DNA of 63,987 bases, counting the filler, from an uncultured bacterium (lineage in GTDB: Bacteria > B130-G9), in assembly GCA_965372715.1 (NCBI GenBank). It is 3 parts of 3 records of this genome, joined end to end, with 100 filler letters (N's around TTAATTAATTAA, not from the genome) between each part and the next. Parts side by side here need not be neighbours in the genome. Positions count along the whole stretch, not along the records: positions 1 to 30,537 come from CBDVDH010000047.1; 2 more parts are not named here. One strand, written 5' to 3'. This document shows, piece after piece, positions 9,961-18,887 of this stretch. Numbering within the stretch: the first letter of the stretch is position 1; each line of letters opens with the position of its first letter. The notes beneath the pieces are model-generated. The model searched no databases. It was given only the letters and a program-made list of their open reading frames with translations, and had not been told where the DNA came from. The position numbers and the translations under genes are program-made.

Positions 9961-10986
9961 TCACCCATTGCTCGAAAGCTCCAGGTCACGCCTCACATCA
10001 CGGTCAAAGAGATCCAGAAACGTGTCTTGAATCGCATTTGGATGAATCTGCAGATACTCATCTGTAGTATGCGATTGGATCTGACCGGACCCCTTGTCCC
10101 GGTATAGGGAGTGGAACACAACAATGTCCCCCGGTCTTTTTCTCAAGTCAAGTTCTTTAAGGATCACGTAATCATGCGTCGCAAGGAATACCTGAATGCC
10201 CGTGCGCTGCAATTCGAGCAGTATTTCCATCAATGGCCCAAAGAGGCTTGGATTAAGGTTGGTCTCCGGCTCGTCCCAGAAAAGCACAGATCCCTTGAGA
10301 AGGGATCCGTTTTGAATGAGCAGCCACAGGAGCCCGAGCTTGCGTATTCCCTCTGCCAGTAATGTGAATTCGAGATTCCCTTGCTTGTTCCTTAGGAAAA
10401 ACTCCTCGTCTTTGATTGTGACTTTCCCCTCCATGGTCTTTTGTAGATTGGTGAGCAATCGCTTACGGTCCCGATCAATCGGTCCACGCAGGGCCCGTCG
10501 GTACGCTCGGACGATAATGTCCGGATAGATCTCCTCAAAGTGTATTTCACGTAGGGCATACTGAGACAGGAATCCGGGAGCGTTCGAAAGCATCTCCTTT
10601 ACAGGGATATATACGCTCTCAATCTCGCTTTTCATCCAATCATTCGCACCGGTAACCGTGGCGGATTTAGGGACGGTAGAATGGTTAGAAAATGAGATTC
10701 TAAGCTTAAGAGTGTCCCAGAAAATCTCCGCAGCACACCGTGTGCTCTTCTGCTGCCGCTTGACCAACCGGCCAATTGAACGCCCAGACGGTAGAAACAC
10801 GCGAACCAGCTTCTCTGCGAAACCCACTTTCGTCTTGCTAATGTCACATGCGCTGTAAACAACCTTCATAAGGTGGGTCTTGCCTGTTCCATTGGCGCCG
10901 ATGAAGACATTGATTCCTGGCGACACATCAAGATCGAGCTTCTCGAAGGCGGTGAAACGATCGAGCTTGATTCTCGTGATTGTCAT
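9961..10986 (-). CDS. ABC/AAA ATPase (AAA_15/AAA_21-like)
   Basis: Walker A IGANGTGKT, signature LAEGIRK, Walker B FWDEPETNLNP, H-loop ATHD; GGAGG RBS. Confidence 0.9.
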   Translation of the reverse strand: MTITRIKLDRFTAFEKLDLDVSPGINVFIGANGTGKTHLMKVVYSACDISKTKVGFAEKLVRVFLPSGRSIGRLVKRQQKSTRCAAEIFWDTLKLRISFSNHSTVPKSATVTGANDWMKSEIESVYIPVKEMLSNAPGFLSQYALREIHFEEIYPDIIVRAYRRALRGPIDRDRKRLLTNLQKTMEGKVTIKDEEFFLRNKQGNLEFTLLAEGIRKLGLLWLLIQNGSLLKGSVLFWDEPETNLNPSLFGPLMEILLELQRTGIQVFLATHDYVILKELDLRKRPGDIVVFHSLYRDKGSGQIQSHTTDEYLQIHPNAIQDTFLDLFDRDVRRDLELSSNG

Positions 10987-11189
10987 TGTTCACCTCCCAT
11001 TCTTGTCATCGCTAGATCATATTGTAAATCCTGTTCCCAGCGGTTGATGTCTGGAACTCTAATCTGCTTCGGTCATGGTCGGGAGTCAAGCTGCTGGGCA
11101 GTTCTCCCCCGCAATCATTTGACCATCCCAACTCAGCCTTATAGATTAGGGCTGCAACTGATTTGAATCGAAACCGCTGAAGCCGGGAC

Positions 11190-12233
11190 ATGCGAAAGTT
11201 CAAGATATTCTCAGACGTTCTCAGGTCCAAGTTCCTGCACAGGCCGTTTTACGTGCACTACTACGTAACACGGCGGTGCGTATTCAGGTGCAAGATGTGC
11301 TCGATCTGGAAATACGGCAACGTTCAAGAGGAGCCAACCGTCGAGAGGATAGCGGAGCTGGCGAGGCGCTTGCGGAGAATTGGTGTGCCCAATGTGGTCT
11401 TCACAGGCGGAGAGCCGTTCATCCGAGAGGAGCTGCCGGAGATAACGAGGGATTTCACAAACGCCGGCATCACAGTCCGCGTCCAGACGACCGGGGCCAA
11501 GATTGTAACGCCCGAGCGGATAGACGCCGTGGTTGACGCCGGCGCGGAGCACTTCACCGTGTCGCTCGACTCGCTTGATCCCGGCACGCAGGACGCAATC
11601 TGCAACACGAAAGGGCTTTGGGATTGTGCCGTCAACACAATCAAGCACATCGTCAAGCGCCTCCCGAAGTCGGTCAATGTCGTCAACACGGTGGTCTCAA
11701 GAGCAAACATCGAGGAGCTGCCTCAGATCGTCGAGTTCGTCAACGGCCTCGGCGCATACGCCAGTCTTGTGCCCGTCCACCTCCTTCCATCCGCTGAGCA
11801 GGAAAACCTTATCCGCAACTATGCAGAAGAGATGACGTTCAAGCCCGGGGACGAATATCTCATAGACGAGGCGTACGACGCTGTGACTGAAATGAAGAGG
11901 CGCGGAATGCGCATCGGCGCCTCAATGAAGTTCCTCGAGGAGTCAAGGAAGGCATTGAAGACCGGCGACTACAGCTTCGCCTGCGATGCGGGTCGGCTCT
12001 ACTTCGTCGTCTTCCCGGATGGCTCACTATCGCCGTGCGACGAGATAGCTCCCTTCTGCAACGTCCTCGACGACGATTTTCTGAACTACTTCGACTCGCA
12101 AGAATACAACCAGAAGGTTAGCGAGCTGATCAGGCCGTGTCCGGGCTGCATCTATGGCTGTTGGCGCGAGACCTCGTATCTGATTCGGGACAACCGGGTC
12201 CTGCTCGAACGGATATTCTCATTCCTAAGATGA
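11190..12233 (+). CDS. Radical SAM protein with SPASM/twitch domain
   Basis: CVFRCKMC, FTGGEPF, VSLDS; C-terminal CDAG...SPC...CPGCIYGC. Confidence 0.9.
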   Translation: MRKFKIFSDVLRSKFLHRPFYVHYYVTRRCVFRCKMCSIWKYGNVQEEPTVERIAELARRLRRIGVPNVVFTGGEPFIREELPEITRDFTNAGITVRVQTTGAKIVTPERIDAVVDAGAEHFTVSLDSLDPGTQDAICNTKGLWDCAVNTIKHIVKRLPKSVNVVNTVVSRANIEELPQIVEFVNGLGAYASLVPVHLLPSAEQENLIRNYAEEMTFKPGDEYLIDEAYDAVTEMKRRGMRIGASMKFLEESRKALKTGDYSFACDAGRLYFVVFPDGSLSPCDEIAPFCNVLDDDFLNYFDSQEYNQKVSELIRPCPGCIYGCWRETSYLIRDNRVLLERIFSFLR

Positions 12234-12339
12234 GTTTCAAGTTTCAAGTTGCATGTTTCAAGTTGGCATTCGAAAGCAGGTTTGCTCGCTTTGCAGGCGC
12301 CTTCGTGCCACTTGGCGTCCTTCGTGGACGGCAGCTAAT

Positions 12340-13749
12340 ATGAATCCTGGTGTGCTGGCGGGGTCTATTGGACGCGTGCTTGTTCGCAGAGAATGCCAAC
12401 TGCTGGTGCTTGCCTTGGTTCTGAGGGTTGGGTTTGTGGTTGCCTTGCCAACTCACGAGTTCATCCCGGGACCAGATCAGGTTCTGCACGACTCGCTTGC
12501 GCGGAATTTCCTGGCCGGGCGGGGGCTCTCCGTTTCCGAGGACCTGCTGCATCCCCCTGCCGATGAGTCTGAGTGGGTCAAGAGAAAAATCGACATGTAT
12601 CGAGAGCTCGGCGGCCTCTGGGGGCTTATTCGTCCAGGGATACCCCAGATCACTATCCCGCCTCTGAACCCACTCCTGCTGGCCCTTTCCTATTACTTGT
12701 TCGGGATGGGGAATCTGCTCCTATATCGCCTGATCATGGCACTGCTGGGCACTGCAACTTGCTGGCTAGTCTTCGACGTGACGAGGCGCGTCTTCGGCGT
12801 CAAGGTCGCCCGTCTGACGTTTCTAATTCTCGCCCTGTATCCGGCGCTCATCTACTTCACTGGCGTGGCGCTGACCGAGACGCCTTTCATATTCTTATTC
12901 GCCGCTCTTGTCAACTTGATCGTCAGGTTCAGGGAGCGGCCGCGGCCGATACTGGCCGTCCTCGCGGGCGCCTGCTGGACGCTCGGCCTCCTGTCAAAAT
13001 CGACGATGGCCTTTATGCTCCCACTGGGCATTGTGTTCATCCTCATCCCCAAGCGCGGCGTCCTCAAACCGAAAGAGGCCGGCGTCTTTGTGCTCACAAT
13101 AGCTGTCTGCCTCGTGCCCTGGGTCGTCAGGAACTACCAGATATTCGATCGCATCGTCATCATGCCGACCAAGAGCTGGAACCTGTGGGAGCGAAACAAC
13201 TATCGCTTCAACGAGCGATTCTACACAGAGGAGAAGGAGGCGCGGGCATACGAGTGGCTTATCGGGAAGCCGCCGTTTGACGTCAACAGGCCCGAGACGG
13301 TGCAGTTCCCCCAGTTCGCGCCCGACGAGGATGAGGTACAGCGCAACGCCAAATACGTCAAGCTGGCGAAGGAGTTTATCCTGGCTAATCCCGGGCTATA
13401 TGCACGGCTCTGCGTCGTACGGTTCATCGAGTTCTTCAGGATACTGGGGCGCTCACGGACCTCACCGCTCGTCACGGCTGCCCGGCTGCTCTCCTATGGC
13501 CTTGTCCTCCCGTTTTTTGTCGTGGGTTTCTTCCTGTCGTTCAAGAAGTCGGAGCTGCTCTCGAGGCAGAAGTGGGTTTTGACCGCGGTCATCATCCTCT
13601 TCGTCGCGTTGCACGTCTTGACAACCGCTGAGCCAAGATACAGGCTGCCAATCGAGCCATACTTCGTCGCGTTTGCGTCGTATGCGGCGATACGCATCTA
13701 TATCCGATGGGGAAAAAGGGAGAAAAGGGGGAAAGGAGAATGGGAATAA
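12340..13749 (+). CDS. Glycosyltransferase family 39 (ArnT/PMT_2-like)
   Basis: Polytopic membrane protein with DQVLHD, PPLNP, LTE, PWVVRNY and RYRLP motifs. Confidence 0.82.
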   Translation: MNPGVLAGSIGRVLVRRECQLLVLALVLRVGFVVALPTHEFIPGPDQVLHDSLARNFLAGRGLSVSEDLLHPPADESEWVKRKIDMYRELGGLWGLIRPGIPQITIPPLNPLLLALSYYLFGMGNLLLYRLIMALLGTATCWLVFDVTRRVFGVKVARLTFLILALYPALIYFTGVALTETPFIFLFAALVNLIVRFRERPRPILAVLAGACWTLGLLSKSTMAFMLPLGIVFILIPKRGVLKPKEAGVFVLTIAVCLVPWVVRNYQIFDRIVIMPTKSWNLWERNNYRFNERFYTEEKEARAYEWLIGKPPFDVNRPETVQFPQFAPDEDEVQRNAKYVKLAKEFILANPGLYARLCVVRFIEFFRILGRSRTSPLVTAARLLSYGLVLPFFVVGFFLSFKKSELLSRQKWVLTAVIILFVALHVLTTAEPRYRLPIEPYFVAFASYAAIRIYIRWGKREKRGKGEWE

Positions 13750-13806
13750 TGACTGAATCCAGTAGAGGCAGACCTCCGTGTCTGCCCCATAAGTCGGTGT
13801 GGAATC

Positions 13807-13879
13807 GTAGGGGCGGCGCTTGCCCCGCCCTATGTGCATTCGGCAAATCAAAGGAGGGTGCGGCAAGCGGCACCCCTAC
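13807..13879. repeat. REPIN-like inverted REP pair
   Basis: GTAGGGGCGGCGCTTGCCCCGCCC ... GGGTGCGGCAAGCGGCACCCCTAC. Confidence 0.75.
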
Positions 13880-13900
13880 ACGATGCAGATGCCCCTATCA

Positions 13901-14827
13901 ATGACCTCGGAAATTGAACACGTCCATTGCCCGCTCTGTAGTGGCGACGACGCTAGGCTTCTGTCCATTCAGAAGGGCGTCTATGGCGTCGTCAAGTGCC
14001 GCGTCTGTGGGCTTGTCTATCTTAGCCCCAGACCCGCGAGGGAGAGCATCGCCGCCATCTACGACGAGCAATACTACAAGGACCCGACCGTCGGCTATCC
14101 CGACTATCTCAAGACGTTCCATGACTATCGCGAGATATTCATGCAGATATTCAACGAGCGGCTCGAGGCAGTCAGCACGTTCAAGGAGAGGGGGCGAGTT
14201 CTTGAGGTCGGCTGCGCACATGGGCTTTTGCTCGACCACTTCCGCAAGCATGGCTGGGACACCTACGGCGTCGAGCTCTCGCAGGCGTCCGCTCGCTATG
14301 CGACGGATGTGCTTCACCTGAATGTGCAGGATGTCCCGCTGGAGCAGGCGGACTTCCCCGACGACTTCTTCGACGTCATCCTGATGCTCGACGTCATCGA
14401 GCACTTCCCGGACCACAAGGCCGCATTTGACGTCGTCCGCCGCGCCCTGAAGCAGGACGGCATCATCGTCGCTCAGGTCCCCTGGGAGCTGTCCCACTGG
14501 GAGAAGGTGCTGTGCGCAATCGCAAACGGCAGAAAGCCCGGCACGATCGAGCCTGACGCCGTCCCCGCACACCTCTGCTTCTTCACGCCTCGCACGCTGC
14601 GCCTCATGCTCGAGAAGCACGGCTTTCAGGTGATCAAGCGCGACAGCGGCAACTATGGCCGCATCCGCGAACGCATCTTCCCCCCCTCCACCGACAGCAA
14701 ATGCCCGCTCTGCCGCCTCCTCAAGACGCTCTACTACCGCCTCGGCCTCCGCCGCCTCCTCCGCCGCCTCGCCCCCAAACTCAAGCAAGGCAGCGGAGTT
14801 ATCCTCTATGCAAGGAAGCGCGGGTGA
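13901..14827 (+). CDS. Class I SAM-dependent methyltransferase with N-terminal Zn finger (Methyltransf_23-like)
   Basis: CPLC...CRVC, VLEVGCAHG, DVIEH and HLCFF motifs; ATG at 13901 (the upstream ORF part is REP sequence). Confidence 0.85.
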   Translation: MTSEIEHVHCPLCSGDDARLLSIQKGVYGVVKCRVCGLVYLSPRPARESIAAIYDEQYYKDPTVGYPDYLKTFHDYREIFMQIFNERLEAVSTFKERGRVLEVGCAHGLLLDHFRKHGWDTYGVELSQASARYATDVLHLNVQDVPLEQADFPDDFFDVILMLDVIEHFPDHKAAFDVVRRALKQDGIIVAQVPWELSHWEKVLCAIANGRKPGTIEPDAVPAHLCFFTPRTLRLMLEKHGFQVIKRDSGNYGRIRERIFPPSTDSKCPLCRLLKTLYYRLGLRRLLRRLAPKLKQGSGVILYARKRG

Positions 14828-15064
14828 CGCGTCTAAGAGGGCGGGAGACGATATCCAGAGAGTCTTGCTCCCAGTGGAATCACTTCACTGCGGAAATCCT
14901 GGAATACACACGAATGCCCACGAACACACACCGTGGTGGCGCCATTGACGCGACGGGCACTAAACCATAATGGACAGACAGTTGCAGATTCGGGCAAGAA
15001 TTCAAGGAAGACAAGACCCAAGAATCATGGTTTCATTTGGGCTGTAGAATACCGATGATTATTA

Positions 15065-15095
15065 TTGACAGAAGATCCGTTGTATACTATAAGTA
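15065..15095 (+). promoter_or_regulatory. Sigma70 promoter of the Dcm gene with overlapping single C-box
   Basis: TTGACA (15065-70), 17 nt, TATAAG (15088-93); palindrome TACT-ATA-AGTA (15085-95) covers the -10. Confidence 0.65.
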
Positions 15096-15141
15096 GCGGA
15101 TTGGTTGAGCCACAAAAAGATCATGGCACCCATTTACAGCA

Positions 15142-16566
15142 ATGACATTTGACATTAGAGCACTACGCATCAGGAGTGGTTTAGGGCAGAAAGCCATCGT
15201 TGACAGACTCGGTGTTTCGTTACACCAACTTCGAAAGTGGGAAAGAGGCCTCGAGCTACCGAGTGATGACATTTTTTCGAAGCTAGCCGCTTTTTTTGGG
15301 GTCAAAGAATCTGAGCTGATTGAGAATCAGCTTCACTATTCTAAAACGGTTACCCCTGGCGAAGGCTATACGACTCGCTTGACAAAGCACAGGGAATACA
15401 TTCCGGCGCGGAATACCGCTGAAGATGGTCATTTGAGAGTACTGGACTTGTTTTCAGGATGCGGTGGCCTATCTTTTGGGCTGGAAATGACGAACCGTCT
15501 TGTCACTGTTTGCGCCGTTGATTTACTTCCAGACAGACTAGAGACATTTCTGGCAAATCACCCTTGCGCCGCAGCCCTGGTTGGAGATATTCGCGAGTCG
15601 AGAATCCAGGACATCTGCAAGTCAGCGGGCCCGGTAGACTTGGTTGTCGGGGGACCGCCATGTCAAGGGTTCTCGTCAATTCGTCCCTTCAGAGCTCTCA
15701 CCGAGGGTGACAAGCGAAATAATCTCATCGAGTACTTCGTGTTGATAGTCGCTGCATTCAAGCCGAAGTGGGTACTCCTCGAAAACGTCTTGGGAATGCT
15801 CACTCACAAAAAGGGTGTGATGCTTGAGTCAGTAGTCAGAGCACTCCAGGATATTGGATACATTGTCTCCTGGCGAGTCATAAATGCAGCTTTGTATGGA
15901 GTGCCTCAGAACCGCGAACGGATAGTGATAATAGGAAATAGAATGGGCATAGATTTCAAATGGCCTGAGCCTTCACACTTTGTGGAATACAGGAGTATGG
16001 CTGGTTCTCGGCCAGAAGTCATTACTGTTTTGCCGATTTTTTCCCAGAACCTGGATCGTGCTGTCACTGTTATGCAGGCAATAAGTGATCTGCCTCTCGT
16101 TGAAGCTGGAGAAGAGGTGAACCACTACAATGAAGAGCCCAGAAATGACTTCCAGAAGATTATGCGAGCTGGGGACCCTCAATTAACCCTTCATCGAGCA
16201 ACAAGACACTCCAAAAGAATGCTCAATATCATAGAGCACGCCGGATCGAATATTTCGCATATACCCAAAGACCTTATCTCAAGTGGATTCAGTTCATGTT
16301 ACAGCAGGCTTGACGCTGATAAACCAAGTACGACATTGACTGTGAATTTTGTGCATCCAGCATCCAATAGATGCATCCATCCTCACCAAAATCGAGCTCT
16401 AACAATAAGGGAGGGTGCACGGATTCAGAGCTTCCCGGACCGTTTTCAATTTATTGGGACTACCGCTCAAATTGTCAAACAGATCGGCAATGCCGTTCCG
16501 CCCTTACTTGCGGAAGTTCTTGGCGAGGCGATCTACACAGCGCATCATTCAAGGGTCAATGCGTAG
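15142..16566 (+). CDS. DNA (cytosine-5) methyltransferase with N-terminal XRE HTH
   Basis: LDLFSGCGG (motif I), GGPPCQGFS (IV), ENV (VI), PQNRER (VIII), IGNAVPP (X); HTH LRIRSGLGQ...LRKWERG. Confidence 0.95.
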   Translation: MTFDIRALRIRSGLGQKAIVDRLGVSLHQLRKWERGLELPSDDIFSKLAAFFGVKESELIENQLHYSKTVTPGEGYTTRLTKHREYIPARNTAEDGHLRVLDLFSGCGGLSFGLEMTNRLVTVCAVDLLPDRLETFLANHPCAAALVGDIRESRIQDICKSAGPVDLVVGGPPCQGFSSIRPFRALTEGDKRNNLIEYFVLIVAAFKPKWVLLENVLGMLTHKKGVMLESVVRALQDIGYIVSWRVINAALYGVPQNRERIVIIGNRMGIDFKWPEPSHFVEYRSMAGSRPEVITVLPIFSQNLDRAVTVMQAISDLPLVEAGEEVNHYNEEPRNDFQKIMRAGDPQLTLHRATRHSKRMLNIIEHAGSNISHIPKDLISSGFSSCYSRLDADKPSTTLTVNFVHPASNRCIHPHQNRALTIREGARIQSFPDRFQFIGTTAQIVKQIGNAVPPLLAEVLGEAIYTAHHSRVNA

Positions 16567-16568
16567 CA

Positions 16569-17213
16569 CTATCGAGTGGTCAACTTCTCGAGATCGCGGT
16601 AGATTCTACCTGAAGGAGAGTGGGGGCAATGAAATAGGTCGCAATAAGCTACGTCCAGTGCATTCATTCCATCCACACTGATTACAGCAGTTTTCCCCGA
16701 ATCACCCTCTGTGTTACTGACGTGGAAGTGCCTATCAACAAGGATTCCTGCTCGAACCTCCCAGATCCACACGACGTCGCCCCGATTTTCTCTTCCGCGC
16801 CTGTAATTGCCGTCTTCGTCCCCTAGCACATAGCGGACAGTAACATGAGGGCCGGGCTTCACTAGATGCCCTTTGGGTTTGTTGGTTTCCAATGCGACCT
16901 TTATTTCGATATCTTTGCATCCGTCTCCGACGCCTATCAGATCAGGATATGTATGAGGCTTGTTTGGCCTGAATGTCCCCTTTGAGCTACGGGTTATTCC
17001 ACGCCTAAATAGGTTCCCTACTATGGCCGACAAGTTGGCCAGTTCTACTAGCTGAGATAGTCTATCTGAACCTGCATCTTGCAGCGTTGAGTCTATTCGA
17101 TCAAGAACATCATAGAGGTAGTCGATTGCACCTAATATGAACTGCGGCTTCAAGCCGAATTCTGCAAAGTATTGCGTCTGAATCAGTTTATCCTTGTTTG
17201 ATTGCCTTTTCAT
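16569..17213 (-). CDS. Putative type II restriction endonuclease
   Basis: YPDL...DIEIK PD-(D/E)xK motif; lies downstream of the C gene and convergent on the Dcm gene. Confidence 0.7.
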   Translation of the reverse strand: MKRQSNKDKLIQTQYFAEFGLKPQFILGAIDYLYDVLDRIDSTLQDAGSDRLSQLVELANLSAIVGNLFRRGITRSSKGTFRPNKPHTYPDLIGVGDGCKDIEIKVALETNKPKGHLVKPGPHVTVRYVLGDEDGNYRRGRENRGDVVWIWEVRAGILVDRHFHVSNTEGDSGKTAVISVDGMNALDVAYCDLFHCPHSPSGRIYRDLEKLTTR

Positions 17214-17223
17214 TATTCGAGGT

Positions 17224-17442
17224 CTAATCCATTTCTCTGAACAACTCGGTGACATGGACTTCGAGAGCTCGTGCGATCGCTATTATGTTCAGCAAGCTGA
17301 CATTCCGCTCCCCTCGCTCTATTCCTCCGATGTATGTACGATGCAAACCAGCTCTGTCAGCAAGCTCTTCTTGGGAAATGGCACGTCTGGTTCTCAACTT
17401 CCGGACACATTTGCCTAATGCTTGAAGTGGATCTTCCATCAT
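17224..17442 (-). CDS. RM controller (C) protein, XRE HTH
   Basis: SQEELADRAGLHRTYIGGIERGERNVSLLNI, the canonical C-protein HTH; directly upstream of the REase. Confidence 0.9.
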   Translation of the reverse strand: MMEDPLQALGKCVRKLRTRRAISQEELADRAGLHRTYIGGIERGERNVSLLNIIAIARALEVHVTELFREMD

Positions 17443-17465
17443 TGCATAATGCTAGATTTAGTGAC

Positions 17466-17491
17466 GACTATGAATCCACAGCCTATAAGTA
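17466..17491 (-). promoter_or_regulatory. Double C-box operator
   Basis: Minus strand TACT-TAT-AGGC-TGTG-GATT-CAT-AGTC, 23 nt upstream of the C gene ATG; fits the GACT-N3-AGTC x2 architecture with central GT of C.AhdI/C.Esp1396I-type operators. Confidence 0.8.
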
Positions 17492-17512
17492 GCACAGTAG
17501 CAAAATCCTGAA

Positions 17513-18004
17513 ATGGAAAGACATCTATCAGATCCCCCACCTTCGGATAAGACATCCTTTGGTGGCCTAACGCGTTCGGAACTGATGTCACGCATCCGAA
17601 GCAACGCAAATCTTACGACAGAGATTCGAATGATGCGATTCCTTAAGAAATGCGGTCTTAAAGGGTGGAGAAGGAATTATGCTCTCGAGGGAAAGCCTGA
17701 TTTCGTATGGCGTAAAGAACATGTGGTTCTATTTGTGGACGGGTGCTTCTGGCATGGACATGATTGCGGCCGAAACCTCTCTCCAGTAACTAACGCAAAG
17801 TTTTGGGGAAACAAAATAAAAAAGAACAAAGCCAGAGATCGCGCTGTAACTGAGCTCCTAAAAGACAAGGGATGGAAGGTCATCCGAATCTGGGAATGTC
17901 AGCTGAAAGACCTCCAGCATCTGAGAATCGAATTAGAACAGGCTCTGAGGCGAGAGCCGCCAGGAATGGGTGGAGTGCCTGAACTGCCGGACCCAGCCAC
18001 TTGA
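17513..18004 (+). CDS. vsr: Very short patch repair endonuclease Vsr
   Basis: RSELMSRIRS, GKPDFV, FVDGCFWHGH, GWKVIRIWEC. Confidence 0.93.
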   Translation: MERHLSDPPPSDKTSFGGLTRSELMSRIRSNANLTTEIRMMRFLKKCGLKGWRRNYALEGKPDFVWRKEHVVLFVDGCFWHGHDCGRNLSPVTNAKFWGNKIKKNKARDRAVTELLKDKGWKVIRIWECQLKDLQHLRIELEQALRREPPGMGGVPELPDPAT

Positions 18005-18179
18005 GGCCATCATATTCTAGAGCGAGTATAGCGAGAGGGAGAGCCTCGTGAGACAGACCATACTCCCGTACAGTGAGCTTGCCGAGGCGAAGGGCATGAA
18101 GGGCTACGTGAAGAAGGCGGATGACCTATTGGCAAGCATCGGATAGCACTGGCTTTCACGATTCCTGGAGAATCTAGAT

Positions 18180-18515
18180 GTGACTAGATCTGAGTCTATC
18201 GATCCTGAAACGGATCTGGAACACATAAAGGAACAGGCTTCAGCTGAGAATGTGCGAGTCACGCTTCACGCACACCAGGAGATGGTTCAGGAGGGGATCA
18301 CTCTTGATGATGTTCTGGAAGCGATCGATAGCTCGTGCGTCGTCGAGGACTATCCAGAACACCGACGAGGAGCTTGCTGTTTACTGAGTGGCTACACGCC
18401 CAATGGCCGCCCGATTCACGTTGTTTGCACTACTGGCGGCGAAGAGCTTATAATAATCACGGTGTATGAACCTCAACTGCCGAAATGGGTAACACCAACC
18501 CAAAGGAGGCCATGA
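18180..18515 (+). CDS. DUF4258 family protein (putative toxin)
   Basis: TLHAHQEM...EDYP...PIHVVC...IITVYEP; ATGA overlap with the downstream zinc-finger gene. Confidence 0.82.
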   Translation: MTRSESIDPETDLEHIKEQASAENVRVTLHAHQEMVQEGITLDDVLEAIDSSCVVEDYPEHRRGACCLLSGYTPNGRPIHVVCTTGGEELIIITVYEPQLPKWVTPTQRRP

Positions 18516-18742
18516 ATATGAAATGCAGCGTTGCTAGCTGTCCGGGCGAGTATGAGGAGCGTAAGATTGCTCATACCGTGCGCCGCAACGGGCAGCTGAT
18601 TGTCATCGATCACGTCCCAGCGCAGGTCTGCTGCACATGCGGGGACGTTCTTCTAGCTGCAGGCACAATCCGTCGGATCGAGGCGCTGCTAAAGACGACG
18701 GCAGAACCTGTTGGGACGGCCCCGCTCTACGAATACGTCTGA
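18512..18742 (+). CDS. YgiT-type zinc finger protein (MqsA-like antitoxin)
   Basis: MKCSVASC...HVPAQVCCTCGD; AGGAGG RBS. Confidence 0.82.
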   Translation: MNMKCSVASCPGEYEERKIAHTVRRNGQLIVIDHVPAQVCCTCGDVLLAAGTIRRIEALLKTTAEPVGTAPLYEYV

Positions 18743-18887
18743 GGACACCATAGCTTTGTTATCCCTCCTTCTTCGTGGTTCTTGGTGTCCTTAGTGGATC
18801 CCCAGTTCTATTAGATAGGTGGTCCACGAAGACGCACGAAGCAACACGAAGCCTTGACTTGCCAGCCTGATTTCTGCTAATCAGTGC

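Noticed and set aside
13898-14788. Long antisense ORFs (also 50555-51613, 31738-32481, 43317-44081)
   Set aside because: Shadow frames of well-supported genes in GC-rich DNA.
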